Source: Yuukianura sp. NJ FZ-2021 (taxonomy: Eukaryota). From it: a stretch of DNA of 64,000 nt. This document shows positions 12,910-25,012 of the stretch, in pieces; position 1 is the first letter of the stretch; each line of letters begins with the position of its first letter. The position numbers were made by a program, and so were the translations under genes. Location: contig CM102290.1 in assembly GCA_046563655.1 (NCBI GenBank), forward strand, positions 14,074,001 through 14,138,000, in the 5' to 3' direction. The notes beneath the pieces are model-generated. The model had not been told where the DNA came from and ran no database searches. It saw only the letters and a list, made by a program, of their open reading frames with translations.

Positions 12910-13166
12910 TAAGGTTTGTTGACTTTTTATTTTCTTTAACAGGTTGAGTAATACCTCATCTTTTCTCGATTTTGCAAAAAAAAAGCATCTTTTCATTTTG
13001 CGGCATCGTAGTCATAACAATATAGCTATTTTTTTTAAATTTTGCATACGAATTGGCACAAACTTTTTGGATTAACCTATATTTTTTCCGTTTTCTTGTC
13101 AACAAGCGAGGTAGTACCCAACCTGTTAAAGAAAATGTTAAAAGTTTTCGTTGTCAAGGAACCTTC
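12910..13166. mobile_element. MITE (family B, copy 1) upstream of UAP1
   Basis: Sub-terminal inverted repeat TTTTCTTTAACAGGTTGAGTAATACCTC / GAGGTAGTACCCAACCTGTTAAAGAAAA; ends AAGGTT...AACCTT; imperfect 8-bp flanking duplication CAAGAGTC/CAAGAGCC; second copy at 16324. Confidence 0.85.
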
Positions 13167-13664
13167 CAAGAGCCAGTCTGTTTGTGTCTAGTGTGAGTCT
13201 GCATCAAGTTGCAAATAATTTGCACATTGGAAATTGGAGTTTGCAAAATTTTGTAAAAAGGAGATTAGTTTGTTGCAAATTCCATCCGGATCTGGCGTCA
13301 TACCTGTCCAAGGTCATCAGAGGTCAATTGAAGTTAGTCTGATGATGTGAATTTGACGTATTTGCGATAAGTTTAGAGTTGTCGGTGGTTACTTTTCAGT
13401 GGTTACTATAAAGGAAGAAGGTTACGGGTGTTGGTGGTTACTGTTTGTGGTTCTGGCTGTACATTTGCCACCTTCAACTGTACTTTCATCCAAATCCCTC
13501 TCGTTGGCTTTACTCCTGTCATTTGGATTTGGGGTGGCGTCGAGTCAACATCAACCTAACATTTGTCCATACGTTATTGTTCTGGATTAGTGTATCACTT
13601 ATTACGCCAGTAGTACCCTGTCAATCCTAACGGTTAACCTAATTGTAAACCTAACGCAGAGACG

Positions 13665-16600
13665 ATGGACATTTCAAAGTTGGCGCAAGAGTTGAAACAA
13701 TACGGCCAGGAACATCTTCTCCAGTTCTGGCCAACGCTCAGTCCTGCAGAACAGGAGGAGCTCTACCGTGACATCACAGAGTAAGTCAAACATTCATTTC
13801 AACAAAAAGTTAGCCCAATGTTAGCCTAATCCTAACTTAACAATAACGTACTTTTTCAGTTTAACTTTTTACAAATTAAGGTGATTCAAAGTCAGATGCG
13901 TTGGGACTTTCAAAGTGAGTGGTTTGCTGGCTTTCAAAGTCAGATGCGTTAGATTTGGTGACTTTGAAAGTGAGTGACTTTGAGACTTTGGTGATGTTTT
14001 GAGTTAGACCTTGTAAGGTTAGTTTGTTAGTTTATGAGAAAGGTAGTGAAATGAGGAAGATGGTTGAGGAAATGAAAGATTGAGGGTTGAATGGATTGTG
14101 TGGATTCCGTATGTTAATGATCTGCATTTTGTCGTTTGTTTAGATTGAACTTGGAGGAGGTGGGCAAATTCTTTGCAGAAACGAGGGACAGTTTAAAAGA
14201 CGAGCAGAGCAAGTTGGATGACCGCCTGGAGCCAATTCCTGACGACATTCACGGATCAGTCGTTCGCACCAACAAGGCAACACTCCAACACTACGAGAAT
14301 CTCGGTAAATACTCAATCAAAAACACAAACAGTGTAGTAGTTTCAAAAAAAACGATAGTTTTTGAAAAAAAAATGACTCTAGTTTTCCAAAAAAAAAGCT
14401 CCATAGTTGTTTAAAACAAAAAACACGGTGGTTTTTGCAAAAAAAAAAAAAATCGCGATAGTTGTTGAAAAAAAACACACGGTAGTTTTTGCAAAAAACG
14501 CACCGTAGTTTTTGAAAAAAACGCACGGTAGTTTTGGAATTGTAAAAGAAAACAGAAATAGATGGGAAGATAGAAACAAAAGAAAAGCGTCTTCCATTGT
14601 TCTGAAAACAATCCAGGTCGTTTCCTAGTTTCCTATTTTGGGACACACGGTACATTTCGAAAGTTAATTGGATTGAAACATAGGGTATGTTTTTTTGGGC
14701 GTTGGTTGTTCCTTACTTTTTCTTTCCTCCTAAGAAAAAAAAATCTAGGAGCAAAAAAAAATGTTTTTCTAACGGTTTCTGGCCGCCGGTTTACTAAATT
14801 TAGATTTGTGAAAAATTGTTGCTTCTGCCAAGTTTTCGTGCTCTTGAATAATTTGTTGTCAACACTTTTTGAATTTTGAAATTTGAATTTTCTTTGGAAA
14901 ATTTCTGGAAATTTGAATTCTCAGCAGTGATTCATCTTGGGCTAAAAATTTCCTTAGTTTGCCTGTAGAGTTTGCACATAAACTTTTTTTTTCTCAAAAT
15001 TTTGCATTTTTGTTGGTCTTTGTTTAAAAATTTAATAACTTGAAAGTTTGTAGTTTGTTGGTTGCTTGGCAACAAATGTAACTTTCGTTTTGAAATTTTA
15101 GAAATGATGGCGTGTGTTGCATGTGAAACTTTTTGAAAATTAAATTTTAGAGCTCTACCGGATTTTAGTAGCAGCAGATTTGCCTAGTCATGAATTTTAG
15201 TACTCAAAATTGTCATTTTTTGTGTAGCGTAAAATATTTTCCTTATTGCACTTTTTTGGTATTGATAGGAAATAGTCGTTAGGTTTTTTTTTAAACCAAT
15301 TTGTTTTTCATGGTTAAAGCTTAAGAGATAATGGAGGCAATAAGACAAAATGTACAGGATGTTCCATAATAACGTTCAAAAATAAAATGTTACGTCTTCT
15401 CATCATGCAACCTTCAAAAGTTAGGCGTCAAAAACTACAACTCTGCAGATCCCAAAATTTGATTTTTCGAAATCCACTTTCAGATTATTTGTCAAAATTG
15501 ACATTTTAGCTAAGATTTTTAAAAATGAAAACTACAAAAGTGGGAATGACCTTTGACCTTGAAAAACCTAACACTATGCTTAACGTTATGTTTGTTTTAC
15601 ATTAGGTTTGGAGCATGTTGCTGATGGTAAAGTTGGTGTGTTGCTATTGGCTGGAGGTCAGGGAACACGACTGGGCGTGCCCTATCCAAAGGGAATGTAC
15701 AACGTGGGCCTTCCGTCGGGAAAAACTTTGTATCAACTTCAGGCTGAACGGATTCGACGGCTTGAGCACTTGGCGCATGTGCAAACCGGGCGACAGGGAT
15801 GCGTGACCTGGTAAACATAGAAAACCAAACAAGATGGCAGGTCAAAGGTCACCAAATTCTAAAATTTTTTTTGGCTCATCAGGTACATCATGACGAGTGA
15901 ACATACGCGTGAACCGACACTCGAGTTTTTCCGGAACCATTCGTACTTTGGCTTACGTGAGCAGAATGTGGTCGTGTTTGAACAGGGAATGCTTCCCGCC
16001 TTTACTTTTGACGGAAAAATCATCCTCGAAGCCAAACACAAAATTGCAAAAGCTCCTGGTCAGTTTTCAAAAAAAAATTGAAGAATCACTTTTTTGAAAA
16101 CTCTTTTGAGAATGTTTTACAATAATTTAGATGGAAACGGTGGACTGTACAGAGCTTTGAAGCAGAAAGGAATTCTGGCTGACCTGGAAAGCAGAGGCAT
16201 CGAGTCCGTTCATGTCTACTGCGTTGACAACATTTTGGTCAAAATGGCTGATCCAGTCTTCATTGGCTACTGTCTGGACAAGGGAGTTGAGTGCGGAGCA
16301 AAGGTCAGTTCAAAAGTTGATCTCAAGGTTTGTTGACTTTTGATTTTCTTTAACAGGTTGGGTAATACCTCATGTTTTTTTCGATTTTGCAAAAAAAAAA
16401 AATTTTTTTTTGGATTGGTACTAAATTGATAGTATTTGTTTTTCGTTTTTTTTTGTCAATAAGCGAGGTAGTACCCAACCTGTTAAAGAAAATTAACTTT
16501 TCGTTGCCAAGGAACCTTGTTTTGATCTGAAGTTGATGTTTTGATACAAAGTTGGCCCATATTGATCTTAACTTTTGAATTGCTTAGGTTGTTGAGAAGG

Positions 16601-17886
16601 CGTTTCCAACGGAGGCAGTGGGCGTCGTGTGTCGTGTGGACGGAAGTTACCAAGTCGTGGAGTACTCGGAAATTACGCTGGAGACTGCGCAGAAGCGAAA
16701 TGTGGAGGATGGGCGCTTGACGTTCAGCGCTGGAAGTATTTGCAACCACTACTTTACTACTGACTTCCTCAAGCGTGTCGTCTAGTAAGACTGAAATTTT
16801 AAATTTTTCAGAATTTTGGATTTTTTAAAAAATTTGGATTTTATTTCCTTAATTTTGAATTTTTTCTGTTTAGTCATGATGAATCGAAGCTGAAGCATCA
16901 CATTGCCGAGAAGAAAATACCGTACGTGTCTTCGAGCGGAGAAATTTTGAAACCCGACCGTCCAAATGGAATCAAATTGGAAAAATTTGTGTTCGACGTC
17001 TTCCAGTGTGCCAAAAAGTTTGCAGTTTGGGAGGTTTTGCGAGAAGATGAGTTCAGCCCACTGAAAAACGCTGATGGCGCTGCCAAGGACACGCCCACTA
17101 CTGCCAGACATGCGCTCTTCTCGCTTCATCAGCGATACATTCTGGCTGCTGGTGGTCGCTTCATTGACGACGCTGGAACGACCATTCCACTCATCCCAAG
17201 GTAAACAAAACAACATAACTATGGTCTGCGCTGATTCAGACCATAATGGTCTGCGTACATTCAGACCATCTAAATGGTCTGCATAACACAAAAGCAACCG
17301 ATTGGTCTGTGCAGACATAAAAGCGTAAAAAAAGCACTGCGCAGAACTCAATTTTTCTTCATCTGCGCATCTTCCTCCCTGTTCTAACTTTACTATTTTT
17401 CTTCATTTTCAAAATTAACAAATTTTTGTATTGTGTTTTTTGTTATAATTTTTGCTTATGTTTTGTTTGGTTCCATTTTTTTAGTATATTGAATAACAAC
17501 TCAATTCAACTGGAGACAAACAACAATGAAATGTAAGATTTTTTTTTAGTTTATGTTTTTTAACACTTTTCTGGCGCCATCTTTCGCTTTTTGAACTAAA
17601 AGTTAAAGAAGTTGTTTAGAGTTTAGTAAAAAGTTGACCTCTGACCTCTGTTTTTTTTTGCAGCCAAAAGTCGAGCATGAGCTACAAAACGCCGATTGTG
17701 GTTGAACTGTCACCGCTCCTGTCCTACGCTGGAGAAAACCTGGAAAGCGTCGCTGGAAAAGACTTCCAGCCTCCAGTGGCTCTGTTCTCATCGCTGGAAT
17801 CGCTGCCATCCACTCCACCTTCACTCCATTCCGTGGACGTCCCATCCAGCGATGCCTCTCCAGTCAAGTGTTTGGTGTTGCACTGA
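13665..17886 (+). CDS. UAP1: UDP-N-acetylhexosamine pyrophosphorylase (mummy/UAP1); exons ~13665-13780, 14144-14304, 15606-15810, 15883-16058, 16131-16303, 16588-16784, 16873-17200, [17485-17532], 17664-17886
   Basis: [83 protein letters not shown]. Confidence 0.97.
14315..14540. repeat. Degenerate ~21-bp quasi-palindromic tandem repeat in UAP1 intron 2
   Basis: Repeated AAAAAAC(A/G)C(A)CGGTAGTTTTTG-like units. Confidence 0.7.
16324..16519. mobile_element. MITE (family B, copy 2) in a UAP1 intron
   Basis: Both ends near-identical to 12910-13166; termini CAAGG...CCTTG; TTGATCT on both flanks. Confidence 0.85.
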
Positions 17887-17903
17887 AACAAGGACCATGC
17901 GCA

Positions 17904-17961
17904 ATCATCATCATCATCATCACGCATCATCAAGTATCATCATCATCATCATCATCATCAC
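17904..17961 (+). repeat. Interrupted (CAT)n microsatellite in UAP1 3'UTR
   Basis: Direct reading. Confidence 0.9.
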
Positions 17962-18769
17962 GAAACTGGTTTCATTTAGTAATGGAAAAACGCAACTCCG
18001 ATGATGTTCCAAAAACGGCGTCTTATTTTCATAAAAAATGCAATAACCCTGGCGGGAACTTTGCCGCCATTTTATTTTGATAACTCTGTGCCCCGATTTT
18101 TTTAAAAAAAGTTTTTTTGAAAAATCGTAAACTCAATAATCCCATTCTAACGTTTTTTTAATGGCTAAGTTTTAATATGGTAAGACGACAATAAGGATTT
18201 GTTCTGTTTCCAGGTTTGAAACTTGGATGCAAGTTCTAGGGAGGATATTCGTTTCAAAATTTTGAAAGTTCAAAAAAATGGAGTTTTTGAAATGTTTTGA
18301 AAGATTGCCTCCATCAAACTTTTTCATTACTTAGGTATTGTACTACTAATTAAACTTACTTTAATCCAAATTTTCAATGGAAAATTTGCAGTTTTAGCTA
18401 AAGGGACTTTCATAATTTCGTACTGTGAAAAATCCCCCACTTTTTGTAAAATTTGTAATTCGAAATCCCAGGGTAGGAAAAAATTTGGAAAAAAGGAAAG
18501 AATTCGAAACAAAAACTTCAAAACAAACTAAAAATTACAAAAAGAAGTGTTTTTGAGTCAATAATGAAACGAATTAAAATTGTGATTTAAAAAAAAATAT
18601 CAGAATTTTTTTCTCCTGGAAGTATTTTTTCATGTTTATATAGTTTCTAAGCAATGGATTAGCTTAACACTAGGTAAATCAAAACCAAGAAAACTAGAAT
18701 TTCTATTTCATAAATTTAAATTTTCTGTTGGAAAAATTATGTAAAATGTAAATACATTGTAAACGTATG

Positions 18770-18841
18770 CAATGCTAGGGAAAAGTCAAATCCATTTGCA
18801 AATCTCAATGCTAGGGAAAAGTAAAATCCATTTGCAAATCT
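18770..18841. repeat. 36-bp tandem duplication
   Basis: CAATGCTAGGGAAAAGT(C/A)AAATCCATTTGCAAATCT x2. Confidence 0.9.
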
Positions 18842-19282
18842 TGTGATCCGCGAGGTTACAAGTTTTTAGCAAAATTATGAATTTTAGCAAGATGCTAAAA
18901 TGCTGTTTTGCGTGGGTGATGTAGGACGCCATGACAGTTTTCTTGGAGGGAAAAGGAGCCTTCGTCCCGTCAGAGGCAGACAAGCAGCAGAGTAAGAAGG
19001 ACGCTTCCAGTGTCACTCTCGGAAGACAAGGTCAAAGGTCAAGGTCACACCACTGGAGGTCAAGTGTACATCTAACTCCTATTGACTGGACATCAGCTCA
19101 GCTTTGGACAATTTATTGTTGGAGTCAGCAAATAGGTATAAAATACGAATTTTTTGCTCAAAGTGAAGGTTATAACTCACTACGAAAATTATGTCATATA
19201 TTATGAAAATTATGTACGAAACACATAGTCATAATGGTTGTTTTGTTTTGTTTAGGTTCTAAAAGAACCGTGTTGAGACAAC

Positions 19283-20248
19283 ATGGCTGACAAAAGGTCA
19301 GAGGTCACTGCATCTGGAAACAAATACGAATGTCACAAATGTCACAAACACTTCAAAAATGCAAACACGTTACGTGGACATTCCGTAGTTCACTTGGATG
19401 TTCGGCCATTCAGTTGCTCAAGATGCCCAAAAACATTCAACCGGAGACGTGAACTTATACGACACATGAAAGGTCACACGTACGAGGGATTAGTCGAATG
19501 CAGTTCCTGCAAAAACAAATTCAAATCAAACTCAGAACTCAAGAGACACCTCATCATTCACACAAATGTAAGCAAATTCACATGCACAGTCTGCAACTAT
19601 GCTGCACAGACACAGAGGAATTTGGACGACCATGTTGCAACACACACAAATGAACGTCGTTTCCAGTGCACGGAGTGCCACAAGAGATTCACAAAAGAAT
19701 GCAATCTCAAGATGCATCTGAGAATCCACGCTGGAGACAAGCGATTCCAGTGCAACTTCTGTACATACGCAGCCATAGAGAAGCAAACACTGGAAGTCCA
19801 CATGCGACAACACACGAATGAGAAACCATTTGCATGTGTGTTGTGCACAGCCACATTCAAGTCACACAATGTGTTGAAGTACCACATTGGGACACACACT
19901 GGTGAGAAACCACACCCATGCAAGGAATGCGGCAAGGAATTCAGTAGTTCCACTGGGTTGAAGTATCATGTGAAGATGCACGAAGGAGTGAAGGATTTCG
20001 AGTGCACAGTGTGCCACAAGAAGTTCACACAAAAACCAAACCTCACTACACATGCGCGTGTCCATTCCGGAGAGAGGCCATTTGCATGTAAGTTCTGTGA
20101 CAAAGCATTTGCAAAGAGGTGTAATTTGACCCGCCACCTTCGGATCCACTTGAATGAGAAGCCGTTTAGTTGTGGGAGTTGCCAGGCAGAGTTCAGATAC
20201 AAACGCAATTTGTTGCGTCACCGGGAACAATGCTGCGTCGAAGCATAA
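19283..20248 (+). CDS. C2H2 zinc-finger protein, 11 tandem fingers (last is C2HC), single coding exon
   Basis: Regular CxxC-x12-HxxxH repeats with TGEKP-type linkers; in-frame stop just upstream of the ATG. Confidence 0.95.
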   Translation: MADKRSEVTASGNKYECHKCHKHFKNANTLRGHSVVHLDVRPFSCSRCPKTFNRRRELIRHMKGHTYEGLVECSSCKNKFKSNSELKRHLIIHTNVSKFTCTVCNYAAQTQRNLDDHVATHTNERRFQCTECHKRFTKECNLKMHLRIHAGDKRFQCNFCTYAAIEKQTLEVHMRQHTNEKPFACVLCTATFKSHNVLKYHIGTHTGEKPHPCKECGKEFSSSTGLKYHVKMHEGVKDFECTVCHKKFTQKPNLTTHARVHSGERPFACKFCDKAFAKRCNLTRHLRIHLNEKPFSCGSCQAEFRYKRNLLRHREQCCVEA

Positions 20249-20800
20249 TAACTTACAAAATTCCAATTCTGTCCAATCAAATCACCTCATTTTGTTAGTA
20301 GGTTACTCCAATAACGCAGTAGTAAAATTACATTACTGGCTTAATTTGTTACTTTAGCTTACCTAAGGTCTGTAAAATCTCAATTCTGAAATGTTAATTG
20401 TTAAGTTATGATTCCTTCCGTTGGATTCTAAAATTAGCACATAACTTTTGCACTTTCTTTTTCTGTTTCAATTTGATTAGTTAATTTGTTGTTTAGTTAA
20501 TGTTGTTGTAGGAATAATTGAATTTAGTAGTTTTAGTCCACTGACATCCTTCACTCAAGTATTCTCGTGTAATTTGTGTTTTGAGGTCATTGACCTCTAG
20601 ACTCCAAATCCACTTCAAAATGTAAATAAAAATTCAAATTCTTTGCATCAAATGAAAATTACGTTTTGTTTTGTGGTTTCAAATTATTTCAAACACTTTG
20701 AATAATTTCCAAATTAGATTTCTGTTTCCTGAAATTTCTGTTTTTGGATCGTAATGTAATCGTAATGTAATCCTTGACATAAGCGTAAAGAGTAATTAGC

Positions 20801-23800
20801 TTAGAATATGGACGGGGCGAGTTGGATAGTTGAGAAAATGCTTCTGGGCATGGACAGATGCTGCGCAGAGGTCACATCGGGGTCACTCGGTATAATTTCT
20901 GCCGCTTTTTGTTTCAAATCCGACCGCCCGATGTCTCCACGCAGACTCAGCAGAGCCATCAGTTGCTCTCTCGTCATATCAGGATAGTGTTTGACAAAAG
21001 AGTGAAGTTCCAGCGACAGCACATCCAGGTCCTCAACTTTCAGAATTTCAGCGATAGCCTCTACAGCATCAAACGGATTTTCAGGACGATTGGCTCCAGT
21101 GACAGCATTCCCAGCGATTGTACTGTCCATGACGTCAAAGAGACTGCGCATTTGGGCCGCTTCACGCAGCAACTTCTCAGAAGCTTCTTTCCTTTCGGCA
21201 GTATTCTTCAGTGATATTTTCCGAGACATCAGCGCTAACAAAAACTTCTTGGCCACGAGCGTCTTGGCTTGGAACATAACGTAGTCGAGGTTCCTGGGTT
21301 TCAAGTAATTGTAATCCTGGCAACAAAATGACAATTAATTAATTAAAATATATTAATTAGTTTTAATATAATGTTAAAGGTCATACATGAAAGTAGTCGT
21401 TGAGTGTGACACAGATTGTTTCAACTTCGACTGTGCTCTTGAGCCAGTTCCTTGTCAGTTTTTGGAAATACGGTTCAAGGTCCAGAAAGGCTTCGTCCAG
21501 GAGGTAAATCGCCGCTCGATCTCGTAACGCCTTGAGAATTTTTCAGAATTCATAAAAATCGAATCATTTCAAAAATTCAAAATTTTCACTTTTTCGAAAA
21601 AAAAAAAAAGTACCTCAAATGTTTGAATAAGTGCTTCGAAACTAGTAGGCAGTTTGCTGTCACCAACGGCAGATTTCCAGTATCGATCTTTGATTTGCTG
21701 CGCAAGTTCAATACACAGCAGGCAGTTGTTCACAATAGCAATCATGTACTCCGTGAACCTCTTGACCTGCAACTCATAATCAATCATGCGCAAACACGCC
21801 AAGTTGGACAGACAGACGGACAAACATGAACAACTTCACATTATATGTAAAGCTACATTACATCTTCATAATATATTATAATAATTTTTTAATATATTAA
21901 ATTATACACATTCATTTTTAACTACCTGACTCCTGTCTTCAAAGTACTTTTCCTTGAACGTCTTCACTTCCTCGTCATAGGCCAAGCCATACTCCCGAAT
22001 CATGTCCAAGCTCAATACAAGCATTTCCTGCACCAGCCCTTGACTAAAAACATAACAAAACGTATTTATAATACATTAATTGAATGAATTATACAAATTA
22101 ATTGACACTAAACATAAGTTACTCACCTAACAGTCTTGGCTACTTGCATATTTTCATCCACCATTTGGTAGATGAGAATTGGGGCCTCGGTGTGAAAGTG
22201 CGAGTGGCTGTCGGACTGTGGCGAGCAATTTGTCCACCATTCCTCAACTTCTTTGGCCAACGTCTTCTGCCTCCAGGATCGATAGTTGTTACCGATAGTC
22301 TGAAAAAAGACAAGGTCAGTCAAACAGGACATACCGGGCGGGTCAAAGGTCAACCCGTCAACAATATTGGGCAGGTCAACACTGTCCTTACCTCCAGGTA
22401 ACTGTCCTTGAGTTCTCTGATGGTTTCGTTGTCCAGAAGGTTGGACGGGTATGAGTCTGGGTCAAGACCAAGTTCTGGACTCTCCAGCACTTCTCGGTAG
22501 GTGTTCAGCACCCACCCAAGGAGAGACACAAACTCATTCCCTTCCAGGCCATTGGCTATCACATCTTGGAGCTACAGGAAATAAAAACAAGAATTTAAAA
22601 AAAGTTTAGTTTGTTTAGCGAATTTCGTTCAAAAGTTGCAAAACTTACGATTTTGGATAAGCAGGAGTGGTACATGGCTACATATCGGTTGAGTATGGAG
22701 TAGTGTGGTGGAAAGCATGGAACGTAGAGAGACTTCACGACGAGTAGATTTTGGATAATTTTCATTCTCAGTATTTCCAAGTATCGAATTAACCATGTCT
22801 TATTCTCCGCTCTACTCTCAATTTGACAAGCATCCAACTCTTCTGTCACTGAATTCTCAAGTATCAGCAGTGCAGCGGCTTTCCATTTCTTTGGTCGGCC
22901 TGGAGGAAGGAATCCAGTGGCTTCAAATTTCTGAAATTTTAAAAAAATTCCAATTTGGATTAAACCGGTATAGTCAACTGTAATTCTTTTGAAGATATGT
23001 AAAAGAGATAATAAGATAAGAGATAGAATGTTTGAGATAAGAAGATAACAGAAGGTTCCAAATTTGAGTCAAATCAGGACAGTAAAGGAATTATTTTGAA
23101 GATAAGTAAAATTTGAGATAAGATAAGAGATAGTTACGGATAAAGCAGCAGCATCTGCCTTCTCCTCTCGTTCGATAATTCTGAGAGAACTGACTAGAAC
23201 AGTGGAGTTCCTTTGGGCAACGTTGATGGCACGTTTGAGATGAACCGATAACTGTTTCCAAAGATCATCTGACAGATCCTTGACACCAGAGAAGTAGTCA
23301 AGCAGCATCGTCTGTTCCGCTTTGTTACCAACGCGAAGCAGTTCGTCTCGAGATGCTTCCAGTTCCGATAATCGCTGAAATTTCAAACACCGTAAACGTA
23401 AGCTAATCTAAATAAGTTTAAAAGTAATTTGACTTTACAATGTGAGCTCGCAGCAAGTTTCCATCATTGACAAGAGTTTGGGCCGCTTCCAGATTTTTCC
23501 CAATACTGAAAATGTTGCTCATGTTTTCCATGGTCATTGCGTACTGCGAATGACGAGAACTTTCTTCCCGAACTTCTTCCAACTCTTGAGCCAAACTGGG
23601 AACGATAGTTGCACATTTTTGGATTTCAGTTGAACTGTTGGAAATACAAGCAAATCAATCAATTTTTGACTTAAATTAACTAATTACTAATTGGTTGTTT
23701 TAGAAACGTGTACCAGGATCTTACTATTGAGCAACTGTTTGAACGTCCTGTCTAGCCTGTAGCAAAATCTCCAGTCCGGCCCTGACTCCGTCGAGTTGAA

Positions 23801-24047
23801 GCTGCAGAGCACTTTTGAGTAACGTTTCCTTGGATGCCTTTTTTCTTGATTCTCGTTTCTTGTACTCGTCTACCTGTAGAAAATACGTCAATCAAATTAA
23901 CTCAAAGAAAAATCCAAAAATTAATTTAAAAAATTACTAAATTACTTTTTCAAGTTGATCTGGTCTTTGAATGATCTTGGAAATACGATCCAAGGCTTTG
24001 GCACGTGCTGCCGCTTCCTTTGCACCAACTACTTCGATTCTGTTCAT
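20801..24047 (-). CDS. EXOC3: Exocyst complex component 3 (Sec6), ~11 exons
   Basis: N-terminus ...KIIQRPDQLEKVDEYKKRE, LRIIEREE, VPCFPPHYSIL, MIAIVNNC, CVTLNDYF, LLSLRGD. Confidence 0.93.
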
Positions 24048-25012
24048 TTTCTTACAATTTCTTCCCTAGTAATTGATTGCAGGACAACTGCTTGCTGGCT
24101 TTTGTTACTTATGAATTAGAAATACTAAATACGACTACTTAACTACAATAATTAAAGCTTTGTTTGTTTGTCAAATGCCAAAATAATTGAACTAATTGTA
24201 CCATAACACAAACCGGCACCGGCAGCACCTTAATGGTGGGCGTTGTTTGTTAAATTAAGATCAGCTGTCAATTTTTGACGTAGCCTTAATTAGATCTCTG
24301 ACTTTTTGCTTTGTTTAAAATAGTCCTCCCTAGTTTTAATTTGTGTTTGCCGGTAAGTAGTTATAACAAACGTAATTAGACTACTGTAATCTTCAGCAGT
24401 TAAGTTAAAACTCTTCATTCATTTAAAATTAAACTTTATATTTTAGAATTAACAATGAGAATGAATTAAAATCCTTGTTTTGGAATAAAATTTGCATCAA
24501 TTAGAAGGATTGAAGTTTTGAATAATGTGTTTGGCGGTAAAAAATTCATAAACAAGAATTTGAAAAATGAAGCGGGAAGGGAAATGCATTAAGCAAAATA
24601 CGTTTGAGCAAAATACGAATTCAAATATTAATGCAAAATATATGTACTAAAAAATAAACACTTCACAACTGACTAATTAGCACTAACTGAGTAGATAATT
24701 TCAAGGGTGGAAATGTTTTAGGATGACTTGTAATAACGTTACTGTTAAATTTACAGGTCATTGCCCATATAATAAAAAATACGCAATTTTTATTTTCATT
24801 TGCAATGGCATTTGCACGTTGTAATGCCATTTCGTAGTTGTCGTGCTTTTAATATTTTAAAAAAATGTCAAAAGTCATTGCCCTTTTTTAAAAATTCCAG
24901 CGTCTCGGATAATTATTTACCGTTATAAAATCATAATTAAATTCAACTAATTAATTAATTGTTATTCGGTTGTTGGTGATACGTCGAGTAAAAGGCAACT
25001 GAAGTGATTGAA

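Noticed and set aside
17884..17979. Stop-codon readthrough of UAP1 adding a poly-His tail
   Set aside because: TGA-A is not a readthrough context and a (CAT)n microsatellite explains the His run
19532..20266. Long antisense ORFs over the zinc-finger gene (and likewise over ATP7 and GCN1)
   Set aside because: Shadow ORFs caused by codon bias of the real gene
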